A stretch of DNA of 64,000 nt from Epithemia pelagica (lineage: Eukaryota; Protista; Bacillariophyta), in contig OX337237.1 of NCBI GenBank assembly GCA_946965045.2, forward strand, positions 2,852,001-2,916,000. The letters are read 5' to 3'. Below the pieces are notes generated by a model. It ran no database searches. It saw nothing but the letters and a program-made list of their open reading frames with translations, and was not told the origin of the DNA. This document shows positions 22,667 to 35,200 of this stretch, in pieces; positions within the stretch are counted from its first letter, which is position 1; each line of letters starts with the position of its first letter. The translations under genes and the position numbers were made by a program.

Positions 22667-22707
22667 GCATCCATGAATTTGCCATAGCATCCATGAATTT
22701 GCCAAAG
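22648..22707. repeat. Three tandem 20-bp units CATCCA(C/T)GAATT(C/T)GCC(T/A)(A/T)AG at the partner gene stop
   Basis: Direct observation at 22648, 22668, 22688. Confidence 0.85.
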
Positions 22708-22751
22708 AACTACATACGAGAACAAGAAATCACAAAGCACCACATTCCATA

Positions 22752-25700
22752 TTAGTATTCTTTCAATTTGCCACTACTCTTGACTCCGTCAGTACTACTG
22801 ACTTGTTCCTGTAGAATTCCCCCCTCTGTTGGTGCATCCAGGACAATAGGCTGTCCTTTCGCATCAGTGACCGGACCATGTACGATATCACATTCTTCTT
22901 CCTCCTCCTCATACCATTGACGAGGTTCCAAGAATTCCCACTTTTCCAATTCCTCTAAATCACGGGTGTCTTGTTCCGACCAACCTGGTTGTTTCAGGGC
23001 CAGTTGTTTGGCTTCCTCGGTTAGAAACTTACAATACTCAACACTCCCACCTGAATCTCGTACCCAGTTTGTCCATTCCACTAGTTCGTCATCTTCCACA
23101 GTATTCAAGTCGTTCATGATCTCGTCGTATTCGTATCCGCACATAAACACCATCCTTCTCTGAAGCCAGCGAGCCATTGGCTCGAGACGACTCCTTTTCC
23201 CCTGCCCTTGATTAGTAGCACCGCCGCGTTGGGTTCTGGAAAAGTAAAAGCGCTTGAATAAGCTATTGAAAGCTACCGTCATTGTAAATGGTTAGACACC
23301 AAAGAGACATGGGCGATCACGGTCGATCCACTCACCTTCCCATCCTTGTTGGGCATGTGAACTGAGATTCCGCCAATGCAGAAGATACTCAGTCACATGC
23401 CCACTGCCTATCATATGCGCATAGTTTGTGATTCCTCCTTCACCATGCAAGTCAACCCATCTCGAAAAAAACTCGTCCGCAACACGTTGATATTCGTAGA
23501 TTTCCTCATCTGTCATTTCGTTCTTATTGTTCACGAGCTTCATAGACTTGGCATAATATTCAACACTTTCGATCCATGTCTTTCGTCTGTTCTCCTCTGG
23601 GCAACACAGATCAATCAGAGTCTTGAATCCATTCACTATCCGTCGGATTCGGACATTATCCATGCAGATCGTTGTTATTGCCTTTGCTTTCTCGTCGTAC
23701 GGCATTTTCCATTGCGTCGGGAATTCCTCAGAACCAAGAACAAGAGTATTAAGATTCCTGTTGACTGTATCTTGAAACTCTTCTATCCTCGCGTCCATGC
23801 CCCCCTCAGCTTCTTTATTGATCCAACTAAGCTCATCGCTCTTCGTATACTCCAGGCCTTCTCGGAGAATCATTGTTAGTAGCTTCAAGCCCATTCGGTT
23901 CTCGATATGAAGGATGCAAGGGATTGCATCCATCATATAAACCAAGGCCGTTGTCTTTTTTGAGTCCTTGAATTGATCCTTGACTCTCTGTGCTTGATGA
24001 TACCACCACTCCTTGACGTGTGATGATTTTAGCCGTTTCTGTCGATCCTCCAAAGAACCCGAGATATCGAGGCCTCTAGCAGTCAAATCATTCGTCAAAA
24101 TCTTTGCGTATTCTCTCCGTTGCTCTAAAGAGGCCACACTCAAGTCGAAATGAACACTTTGCAAACTCCCTTTCTCCATTCCCGACGCGACACATCTAGG
24201 ATCTTGCTGTATAATGACTTGCGATTTAGCCCAGATCGATTTCATCGTCTTCGCTATGATAGGCATCTCCTTGATGAATTCAGCTATATCCTCCTCAACT
24301 TGTTGGATGTGTTCTTTAGAACAGATCTTGTGGTGTCGACAGATCCAGTTCTTTCTCTCGTCGTTGCCTAGCTTAACACAGATCTTGCATTCGGAAGCCG
24401 GTTGTGTCTCGGCATGTAACTCACCACTTCGAACGACACATTTAGAACAAGGGTAGGTAACTTGTTGAGCTGCCCCACCTCGGCCGAACAGTTTCCATTC
24501 ACAGCTCATGTCGCAGTTTGTGGAAATAGTGAGTTGTAAAATCCCAAATTTCGTGGGAAGTACAATCTTCGCCCCTTCCTTGATCTCTACCATCATCATC
24601 CGGAACAGAGACCTGACCAATGACTCTGACTCTTTCTGACACACGCATAAGATCGGGAACACGCTGTGCCGTGATTGGCCCAGTAGATTGCAGATGTCGT
24701 TGAATTTCAGTCCACCCAGAACATGTCCGAGGTTCTTTGTAAACAAAGCCCCGTCCAAGCTCTGTGATAGGTAGATTGATCGTTCCTTGGCTTCTCCGCC
24801 CATCAAATTACCTGCCACCAGGATTGCTGCCATAACATCCGCCGCACGAAACGTGAAGCCTTCTGCTCCTGTTTCTTTGTTCCGTAGCATTCTGTAAGGG
24901 CATAGTAGGGCCCCGAATCTGTTCACCTCTGCCGCGCAGTTTTGCATGCAAGAGGTGCTTGGCAGTAGAGTCTGTTGATACAGCACTCCGTCAGTTTCTA
25001 CGGATCGAAGATACTCCAACCCGCGGAAGTTTAGTGGTCCTCCCGCCAAGTCCATCGCGCGTAGGATCTTGTACGGCGTAAAAACATTTTCTCTAACGTA
25101 CTTGCGGAACACATTGTAGGTGGCTTTGAACAATTGCCCGCCGTGTATTGTCTTGTCGAGTAGCAAAGACCCGATGTCCGTAAAAAAAGATGCTGCTTGA
25201 CGACTTGTTGTGTCCATCTTTGATACCTTGGAAGTGATGAACTTGCGTAGGTAAGTCAGCAGAGTCGTCTTATCTTCTGGGTCGTAACATGACTTTGGTA
25301 GTTTGTCCGTTTCATTCTTCTCCTGTTGTGCTAGCTTTGCTTCGCGGAGCTCCTCTCGAGTTTCCTTGACGATTTTTTCCCAATACCGAAGCCTCTCACT
25401 TTTCTTCTTGGACTGCAGACGACAGTCCTTCAGCTTCGAAAGCATCGAGGTGAGTTTTTCTTTGAGGTGAACAACTTGTTTAATTAACTTCTCACGCTCT
25501 CTATCCTCTATTGTGTTGTCCTCGTGTGGACAATCTTCCTCTTGCATGTTCATTTCAGTTGCCCTCAGCCATTCGTCAAGGTCAGTTTCGTCATCGTCCT
25601 CTTCTTCGTCATTTACCACTGTCTCTACGATTGGGCTACTGTGAACGGATTCTCTTGATTCCGGTGTCATTCCAATGCCTGTATTGGGTTCGGCATTGGG

Positions 25701-26882
25701 TTCTGTCCTTGAAGACTTTGTGTCGTTCTTCTTCGTGTCGTTGGAGGTAACCGTCGTTTCGTCCATGTTGACTGGATTACTTGGCGGATTTGTTGATTTA
25801 GGAGGATCATCCTCTACTGTGGTGTTGGTGGATGAAGGGAAGGGGGGTACTGGATCGACTGAAGCTGGTTCTGGAGCTTGTTCGGCAATCTCGGGAAGAG
25901 TTTTGTCCTTGTCCAAGTCTCTGACATTCTCAGTTGAGGCAGGTAATTGCTTGTCACGCTTGGCTCGTCGGATTTTGGTCCGTTTGATAGGCTCGGGTTC
26001 TTCAATAGGCTGACAAAATAATTCAGCCGGAGGCGGTTCGGGTACGTATTGAGAATTCTTGTGTCGGAAGGTTGGGCTCCACATGTTGGTGTGTTCTGCT
26101 GTGCATTTATAGCGGCCGCCGACGATGGTCCGATTAATATAATGGCCAGGCCGTGAACCCTGTTCTCGATCAGCCTTGTCGCAGTTGTTACAAAAGAAGT
26201 AACCCCTGTGTGCCTGTTCTCGGTCGCGACCGTAAACCGAGCACGGTACAAATTCTGATGTAAGGAACGTCTTACAGATTTCTGCAATTCTTTTTCGCTC
26301 TACAGAGTTGGATTTGCATGGAACTTCAGATGCACGTCTTCGTGCTCGAGTTTGCATGTTTGGCGACGCTTGAAGTTTTAAATCTCTCTCGATCTGTTGG
26401 ATTTCTTCGGGAGATGGTTGGCGACAACCGTCGGGTTCGTCACTGGTTGAAGTGGAGCTGGTAGTCTGGCAAAGCTGACAGGGTGCTTCGTCAGTCAACT
26501 GTTTTGCAGGACTGGTTACTGGATGATGGTCTTCATTATTGGGCGACTCTTGGAGATCGACAACGCCATCAATCTGCAAGTTTTCTTCTTGAGATGATGG
26601 ACGAAGTCCATTTGGTTCAACACTTGTTGGGGCCAATCCGGCAATTCGGCGAGATTTGCGAGATGGTTCTGCAATCGGAGGGTTAAGCGATGCTTTGGGA
26701 ATAATGTCTCTCCCAATCTGCTGACGGTTTTCTTGAGGTAATGGGCAAGGTCCATCGAATTCGACACTTGTTGCTGCCAGTCCGGCAATCCGGCGAGATT
26801 TTCGAGATGGTTCTCCAACCGGAGGGACTTCTGAAGTGTGATGGGCCTGGTTTGGGCGCTTCTTCGATGCACGGGTAGGCAT
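22752..26882 (-). CDS. RAG1/Transib-like DDE transposase, ~1355 aa, two exons (intron 23273..23335)
   Basis: Ordered RAG1-core-like motifs SLDG, PILCVCQKES, TNCDM, YPCSKC, CILHIENRMG, MDNVRIRRIV, ITNYAHMIGSGH, QQGWE; a 63-bp GTGAGT...CTAAC...TAG intron joins GWE to AFNSLFKRFYFSRTQRGG in ORF 22752..23282; spliced length 4068 nt. Confidence 0.8.
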
Positions 26883-27929
26883 AGTGTATGTAAGATGAGA
26901 TAAAGCCGCTGTTATTGTGAAATACAAGTCGTTATCTCATGGTCATACCTCCAGGGTCCATGTTGGAGGGAGGTTGGTCGGCAGGTGGTAGATGAGATCA
27001 AAGTACGATTAATAGGCGACTACTATGTTAAATATCATACAATGCCGGATATATTTTATACTCAAGACTGGGGTGGCGCGCATTGGGCTAGGGGAGGGGC
27101 CTGGAAAACCAATGAATGAACAAGGCCGCTGTATTGTCGTCCGTATAACTTTACGAATATTTGCTACTATTGTCAAGTAAGTATACCGTTGGATTCTTGA
27201 GACAAAAAGGAATCAGATGCAAGTGTTACCTGACAATTGTAGCCATTAATGGGTGAGTGGTAGTGCGTTGAAAATGGGTCAGTCTTTTGAGGCCTAAAAT
27301 TGGGTCTTATATTTAACAAAAATTCATCCATACAATGCAAAAACACTCCACGATGACGGCGAGATCCGTTGATGCCGCATGCATTCACTCATGCATCGCA
27401 TCAACATCCGACTACTGTGAGTTGTTTGAGTTTGCTAGTATTACTGTGTTCTACAGCTACGGAAGATTTGTCGCGTTGGATCAAAAGTTATACTCATTTT
27501 TCTGTGGTGATGTAGTCCAAAAACCTTCCTAACTCATTCATTTCTCAACGGTGACTGAATCAAATTGAAACCATAGTTGCTCTAGTATTAAAGAGTATTA
27601 TTCTAAAAGTGATTCAGTTAGGCTCAATTATCCATGAAGTTATTGCCATGGGGGTGATTTCTTCGACCATTGTCGAGTGATGGTTTCCGGATTGCATTGT
27701 TTCTCGTGGCAGCAAGTTTTCGATTTGCGACTCGGTGTGACCATCCGCCCCACTTGTTACAGTCATGAAAATAGTACTACGTAGCTTAATGTACTGAGCC
27801 TACTTAGCCGAACATGGATCGGCTTACCCAGCCCTTACTAGGGGTGCTCGTATTGGAGTCCTTTCAAGGAGGGACCGCCCGGCGAGGAGGGTAGAATGAC
27901 GAGGAGGGCAATGGTCGAGGAGGGCGCAT

Positions 27930-28140
27930 GCCCGACAAGACAATTGCCCGTCGAGTCATTCTCCCGACAAGCCGGGCGCGCCCGACGCGAGAGGACGGCC
28001 AGACACAGGGAATTAGTAAACTTACTCCCTATCAAGCTGTGTAGGTAGTATTAATACTTCCCTGTGTCTGGCCGTCCTCTCGCGTCGGGCGCGCCCGGCT
28101 TGTCGGGAGAATGACTCGACGGGCAATTGTCTTGTCGGGC
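27930..28140. repeat. Perfect 83-bp inverted repeat with 45-bp spacer (two element ends head-to-head)
   Basis: 27930..28012 is the exact reverse complement of 28058..28140; inner ends are the TTCCCTGTGTC candidate TIR. Confidence 0.95.
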
Positions 28141-28515
28141 GTTTAGTGAGAAATTCCTGGAAGCCATGTCACAAAGTGTCACACAAGTGTCACACAAGTG
28201 TCACACACGAGAGGGAAACCGTGCGACTCGCACGAAACTACTTCCCGGTCGTACAAAAAATTCCTACTGTAGTATAAAAATGTGAGACGAACTACCTACA
28301 CAGTCTGGTATGGAGTTACTCCTAGTATACTATTACGACTATTAGTCTCACGAGTTTTTATTGGGGGGGTGTTCATGTGGATATAGTGGATAGAGGTACG
28401 ATGGATGTGGCCACATAAACCGAGTCGTACAGTCTCTAGAAGAAAGAAGCACGACGATTCTGTTTGACTCGAAGCAACGCATAAAGTACTCATATTCGTA
28501 ATCTCTACCTTTTAC

Positions 28516-28740
28516 TCATATTACTTTGGAAAAAACATATAAGGTATTACTGACTCCTATTTCGTCAAACCACATCACACTCGGAAGGAAGCCATGGTAC
28601 GACCGGAATATCCCCAAAAGCGGGACAGCAATAATCGCAACATGGACAAACCACCGTGTCACAATCCGCAACAACACTGTTGTATGTCCTACCAACTGCC
28701 CCCCAAAGCGGCATCTCACCAGTCAAGTTCAAAATTGGTC
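28516..28740 (-). pseudogene. Spare, out-of-frame copy of the LRR C-terminal cap downstream of the receptor gene
   Basis: NLTGEMPLWGAVGRTYNSVVADCDTVVCPCCDYCCPAFGDIPVVP duplicates NLTGDMPLCDAVGRTYTNIVADCEMLVCTCCTSCC. Confidence 0.8.
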
Positions 28741-31493
28741 GCAATGTAGCCTTTGGGATGGGTATCCTGTGGGTTTCCCATAGCACCTTTCAAGCATCGA
28801 TCGAACCTGGTATCGTGATCGTTGTCAAAAAATGACGGAAACGTGCGACATTCGGAAGATTCAGGAAGAGACAAATATTCTGAACTCAAATACTCAGGAC
28901 AGCAACTTGTGCAACAAGTACAAACCAACATTTCACAATCAGCAACAATGTTGGTATAAGTTCTCCCAACTGCGTCACAGAGAGGCATGTCACCAGTCAG
29001 GTTGGTGTAAGGGACAGATAAACGTTTTAGGAACCGTAGTATGGCGAGAGAACCTGGTACGATGCCTTCCAACCTTGGATTCCTCGCCATAGTCAGAGTC
29101 GTCAGCGATACCATGTTTGAAATTTCATGAGGAATTGGACCTGATAGATCATTGGCCGAAAAATCCAGAAAACTCAGTCGCTTGAGTAGTCCAAAGTCAG
29201 TTGGAATGGTACCGTTCAATTGATTGGCCTCCAAAAGCAAAGTCTTGATGTTCGACAAACCTGAAACTTCGTCGGGGATGGGTCCCGAAAGATCGTTGGA
29301 ATGCAAACTCAGAAAGTTCAGTTGATTCAGATGTCCAATCTCAGTTGGAATTGTTCCCCAGAGAGCATCTTCCGAAAAACTCAACCAGACCAGTTGAGTC
29401 AGCTGACCGATGGTGGGAGGAATTGTTCCTGAAACATCGTTGTCATAGAAACTCAACCAGGTAAGTTGATTTAATTGTCCATAATCATTTGAGATGGTTC
29501 CGTTAAGTTGATTCCTCCCAAAATTCAGGCGTTTCAAGTTAGTGAATGTTACTTTGTCAGGGATAGGTCCTGAAAGATTGTTCTCATAAAAACTCAGCCA
29601 GGTCAGTTGATTCAGTTGTCCAAACTCAGATGGAATGGTGCCGCTGAATTGATTCTCCCCAAAGTCCAAAAGTAGGATGTTGGACAAATTCGAAACTTCG
29701 TCGGGGATAGGGCCTGAAAGATCGTTGTGATAAAAACTCGGCCAAGTCAGTTGATTCAGTTGTCCAAACTCAGAGGGGATGGTGCCGTTGAATTGATTCT
29801 CCCCCAACTGCAAACTTTCGAGGTTGGACAAATTTGAAACTTCGCCGGGGATAGGTCCTGAAAGATCGTTGTTATCAAAACTCAGCCAGGTCAGTTGATC
29901 CAGTTGTCCAAACTCAGATGGAATGGTGCCGTTGAATAAATTATCCCCAAAGTCCAAAGTTCGGATGTTGGACAAGTTTGAAACTTCGTCGGGGATAGGG
30001 CCTGTAAGATCATTGTTATAAAAATTCAGCCATGTCAGTTGATATAGGTTTGACAAAAAATATGGCACAGTTCCGGACAAGCCGTTGTCGCCTAAATCCA
30101 AGAGCAATAGTCGAGATAGGAGTCCCAGATCATTCGACGGCCGCCCTAGGATATTCTTGCCCCTAGCACGTAGCCTAACAACACGCAGAATCGTAGACTC
30201 TGTAGCATCGTCGTTCTTTGTAAAAGCCTCTTCTTGACACGAGACCATGGACCAGTCACACTCGTGGGCATCAGACAGCCAGTCGATCCGAGCATCCTCT
30301 CTCCATTTTTTTGGAACGGTATCTTGTAAGAACCATAATGTCGCTAGGGCGTATCGTTGCACCAATCGCTGTTGATCCAACTCAGTCTCTACTCCAAGTT
30401 GCGCTGGGTCGCCATCCAGGATCCAGGCCAAGGCCTTTTCCTCCAATGTTGCAGAACCTTTGGGCGCTGGAAAACGTAGGGGAGAAGGGGACGACGAAAG
30501 TGTCAGATTCCGCAGAAAAGATATTATATTCGCGGTGCGTGGATAGTTGGTCGGAGCCATAGATTGCGTGGGAGGATGGCTGGGTATAGTCGACGGATTC
30601 GAAGAGGGACCTCCAGTGGGTTGTGGCGAGATAGGTTTCTTTGACGGTTCCCAAGAAAAAACTATAGTGGGTTTTGGCAACATAATATCTCCTTCAGAAG
30701 GAGATATTGAAGGGGGAGATTGGAAGTTGCCATTCAACGCTGACGAAGTCGACGATTTGTTATCTCTTTGGTTCGTCAGAACAGGAACAACTGTCGCTAC
30801 AAGAATGATAGCCAACAATGCAATGAAAGCAACAGCAAAAGCATTCAAATGCCATCTATGGCGTGACTTGAACAAACCAACATCAATGCACAATCCGTTG
30901 TAAGTGTCATTATTGTTCAAGGTTTTGATGGAGGCCTCAAGATCCCTTTGCATGGCGCACTCAACCTGGTGATCATTCTTCTCTTCGTTCGACGAGACTT
31001 CCTCATCATAAACTGTGTCCTCCCACTTTCTTTCGTCCGGCTTCAGTGGACAATGGCCTCGCCAAATTGTCAAAAAGACATTGTTTTGTTCAGGTGTAGC
31101 GTTGTCACCAGACAGAAGTTGCCGTATCGTTGGATGAAGTGGATTGATGACAAACTGTTCGAGAGTCTGCCTGGGTCTGAACATGGTACAAAACTCTTTG
31201 CCTAAGTTCAAACTTTTATAAGCCGAGAGACTTTCACAAAGATGTGGATCCATGCCATCACAAAACACAATTCGAAGAATAAACCCCCCCTGTTCCGAAT
31301 CTCTTTTTCGGTACAACGCCGTATAAAGTTCTTTCAAACACCAGTCAGATTCGTGAAAGTATCTGGATAGAAATACAATGACAACCCGGCTCTTCCACAA
31401 GGCATGGCGAATCACATCTTCTTTGTCCAAATGGCCGAAGCCACGAGAATGCTCATTCATGGCTTCACAATCCACAAAGAACTTGTATCCATA
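28716..31493 (-). pseudogene. 3' part of a TIR-TIR-TM-LRR receptor (rest of TIR2, TM, stalk, ~15 LRRs, cap), cut off from its 5' part by a copia insertion
   Basis: YGYKFFVDCE...FLSRYFHESDWCLKELY; TM AFAVAFIALLAIILVATVVPVL (~30781-30846); LRRs in 48-aa units; joins 39697 through TSD CCATA. Confidence 0.9.
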
Positions 31494-32271
31494 TAGTAGA
31501 ATTCTTTCAAACTCATGGGGGATAATGCTCGGTAGAGCAGACAATCAGGTAGGTCACCAACCGATAGTAGTATCTCCACGGGTCAGAGATACAACCAAGT
31601 CGTAGTCTATCAAAAGGATAGTCGGGACACAAAAGAGGATGTGATAAATGGTGATATTGTTAGATTGTGTGTTGATTACTACGATAGGTCTACGTGAAAT
31701 TTTCGGTCCTGCCAAGGGTCATGAGTCATAGGTTCTTGGCGGCAACAGGTTTGGAATAGTTGGAGTCGATTCATGTGATGTATATGACATGTATATGTGG
31801 ACGGATAACATATACAGGGTCAACAGCTCTTGCTTTGGATTGGAATAGTTGTTTTCATGGCGCGCAGCTTGTTGACAATTTGGAGATTTTGGGAATGGAA
31901 ATATGGTCTCGCGTGATCGTGTGTCGTGCTTGGGATACTTAGACCGTTGGGACGGATAGATGCCAACAGCGCTCGGATGTCGCTTGGGCGCGCTCGATGA
32001 TTTCGGGCGCGTAGGCTTAGGGCGTTAGTATAATGTCCGAGCAACGGCCAAATTTACGTCCGTTGTAATACCGCACGACCCAGTTTAGTCTTGAGAGTGA
32101 GTTCGTCAATCTATTCTCCCTTTTCATGATTTGCGAAGAAATATAGGTCGATATAGCGCAAAGCTAGGGAACATAGCTCGGAGCCTAGATGGCATGATGC
32201 GATAGCACGAGGCTATGTGACATGGGGAATCGATGAGATGTAGAATCTAACCACCATAGACGGTGAGAATT

Positions 32272-35200
32272 CTAACACTCCCCACAACTCGTCATTTCAG
32301 CCTTGTCATCATTGGATTTGTTGAGGTCTTGAACTTCTCCTTTCCAAAACAACAATGGCTTGAGCATGGGCCAAATAGATACGAAATCCCAATGTTTGCT
32401 AAGGATATCGGCAGGGTTGGTCTTTCCATCTTTCCAGTAGAATGCAACATACTTTGCTGTGATGGCTTCATGAACTCGGTGGTATGACAGAAGATGGTGT
32501 CTCTTGGATAGTATGGAATGAGGAACGGTTGCATTGAGCACAACAGATCTGTTATCTCCGTACATGTAACTTCGCTCTCGGATAGGTACTCCAAGGTAGC
32601 GGAGAGAATGTCGTAATTCTGTAATCTGATCTATTGCTGTCCTTGCAGCCACAAACTCCGATCCATAGGTAGCAGTTTCCACCGTGCTCTGTCTCTTGCT
32701 GTACCAGTCAATAGGTGTTCCGTTCAACAAATGTAGAACAGCAGTGACGGATTTACCAGTGACTATGTCATGCATGAGATTGGCATCAACGTAATGAGTT
32801 GTGGTAACATAGAGGCCAAGAGGTGTTGGGCAGTCTTCAGGAATACGTTCACTTGCATTCGAATAGACAGTGCGAGTCCAATCAAATTCTTGGGTAGGAA
32901 GACTTGAATAATCAGGCTCTCCAATCCTAAATCTGATTGCGCCTTCTGGGAGATGTGCAAGGTATCCATAGATACGCTTGGCTCTATCAAGATGTCCTTT
33001 CCTCGGAGCAGCACGAAAGCGTGATAGTGTCATTGTAGTGGTGAAGACGTCGAAACGACCAATAGTGATCACCCATTGGAGTTGTCCAATCAGAGTTTGG
33101 AAATGGCTAGTACCTTCTTCATCAAGGAGCTCAGAATCATCCAATTCAGGATGGTCTCCACCAATAAGAGGTGTTTTGGCTTTCTTGGGTTTCTCCTTGA
33201 AGATTCGTTCGAAAGTGTCCATCATCTTACCAATGTAGCGTCTTGGATCTGCTACTAATGTTCCATCAGAATCCTTGGTGTAACAACATCCCAAGTGGAA
33301 ATCAATAGGTCCATCTCCTTTGAGTTTGAAGTTGTTGTCGGTCAAAACATCGAATAAGACATCATGCCAGCGTGCGCCTGATGACTTCAATCCATAAAGT
33401 GCCTTGTATATAATCAGGATGTGACCTTCTAATTCCTTGAATTCAGGTCCTGCGACAATGAAGATTTTCTCCCCTGTCAAGGCTTCCAGATATGCGTTTC
33501 CAATATCTGCTCCCCATATTTCCAAGTCATTCAAAGTACCCAGGAATAAGGCAATGCGGAGGTTGCGAATGGAAACAACACCTGAATAGATTGTCTCAAC
33601 AGGTTCTTTTGTGAGATGTCCATCTGCAACAAGTCTTGCTTTATGTCGTCCATCATGTTTTACGTCAAGACAAGATGTACACGTATCTTATGATATCCTT
33701 CAGGTGCATTGGATACTTTCCCTTTAATGAAGATGGCTTTCCCAAAATCCTTGAATGTCTTGTAGGACTGGATCTGTGACAATTCTAATTCTGTTGCATC
33801 CTGCCACTTTGTGTTGCCATGTTGTTTATCAAGAGCGGCAGCTTCCTCATAATTGTGTGGTACTTGGAATCCAAACTTATACTTGACGGAATGGTGAACT
33901 TGTTTAATCCTTGACTGTTTGGCTGCTCGAATGAGACGTTTGCTTGTTTTGACATAACGTTTCAAATGCTTCCATCCAGGTTCGTTGAGTAAACCATGTT
34001 TCTTTCCATAAATTGCTACAGTGATCGGATCATCATTGGCGATGAGTGATAAAGGTTCATAGGTAGTCTCCCCAGTTTCCCAATCAACAAGCAAATTATA
34101 TTTGCTCCCCTTGTAATCTGGATCAGTTGTGTTCAGTGGGCCTTGATGGGCAATGACGTCCCTGAACCTGAAAAGATTATCTCCAGAGGTTTGAGCTTGG
34201 ATATCTCGTTCGATATACTCCATGAGTTGATTATAGGATATCATCTCATCAACATCAGAATTTGTCTTTCGGTAGATGTACTTGACACGTTCTTCCTGTT
34301 TCGTTGCTTCTGCACGGTGTCGCTCCCCATTTTCTTCTGTGTCGCATAGGAATGTGCGTCCTATCATGTCGTCAAAATCGATCGTGGGCATTGGTTTGGA
34401 TGGATCTTCACTATCACTGCAAATGAAGACAGTGTCAGCTTGCTTATCATTGTCATCCTTCTCAGACGAATCCTCCCCTGAAGGTCGATCCACACGTAGG
34501 TTAGGTGTAGTGGATTCAACACGGCGAACGGCAGAACGGTAGATTATCTGGTTATCCTGGGTGAGAATCTTCCAAGTAAAAGAATCACCAACGTTGTGAG
34601 CAAAACCAACCCAGTGGCCAAGTTTCTCATCAGAAGAAGATGGATATGAACCAGAATTGGGTTCAGCGGGGTCGACACGGTAGTAAACTTCATCCCAGAA
34701 AGGAAAGAACAAGAGATGAGTAATGTCGGGTGGGCGTCCGGAGAGAGCCTCAAGAGGAGTGCGACCGGAATGGGTGGGTGATGATGTATGGTTCAATAAG
34801 TCACAGACATACTCAAGGCAAAGAAGCCAGGTGTTGGCAGGGCAACCAGTGGCATTCATGAGAGCGTTGGTCATACGTTTGACGGTCTGGTAACGGTTTT
34901 CAGCCTTATTCTGGTGTTGATGATAAGGTTCGGATCGATACTCCCCAATAAGCAAAGTGTGAAGAATGTCTTTGACCTTTTGAGAGATGAGAGATGAACC
35001 ACCATCACTGATAAGAGTCTCCATGGCACCACGAAACCGGATGTTGTCCTGAAGAGTATTGACAAACTGTTTGGTTGACTTGATCCCATAGATATCAGTA
35101 ACCAGAGTATCTCGACCAACAAAGATTTGTGCGACTTAACCGCCATGGTCAACAGCAGGGGTGTCGGAGAAAACCGAGTCAGTAGCAACGGGTTCATGAC

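Larger units (their letters stand above)
15156..28012. mobile_element. Candidate two-gene DNA transposon with RAG1/Transib-like transposase (contains the nested 15180..20826 LTR element)
   Basis: TAATTCCCGGTGTC (15153-15166) vs GACACAGGGAATTA (28002-28015) are inverted, 13/14; flanks TTAATAA (15149-15155) / TTAGTAA (28013-28019) could be a 7-bp TSD with one mismatch; second inverted block CAATAGTAGCACCCCCCCTAG (across the LTR insertion site) vs CTAGGGGTGCTCGTATTG (27838-27855). Confidence 0.55.

Noticed and set aside
28004-28010. CACAGGG as a V(D)J RSS heptamer (CACAGTG-like)
   Set aside because: It points outward relative to the inferred element end, and no nonamer at 12 or 23 bp was found
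22752-31493. RAG1-like enzyme somatically rearranging the neighbouring LRR genes
   Set aside because: No TIR-like signal sequences seen within or around the LRR repeats or spare caps; adjacency is explained by TE accumulation
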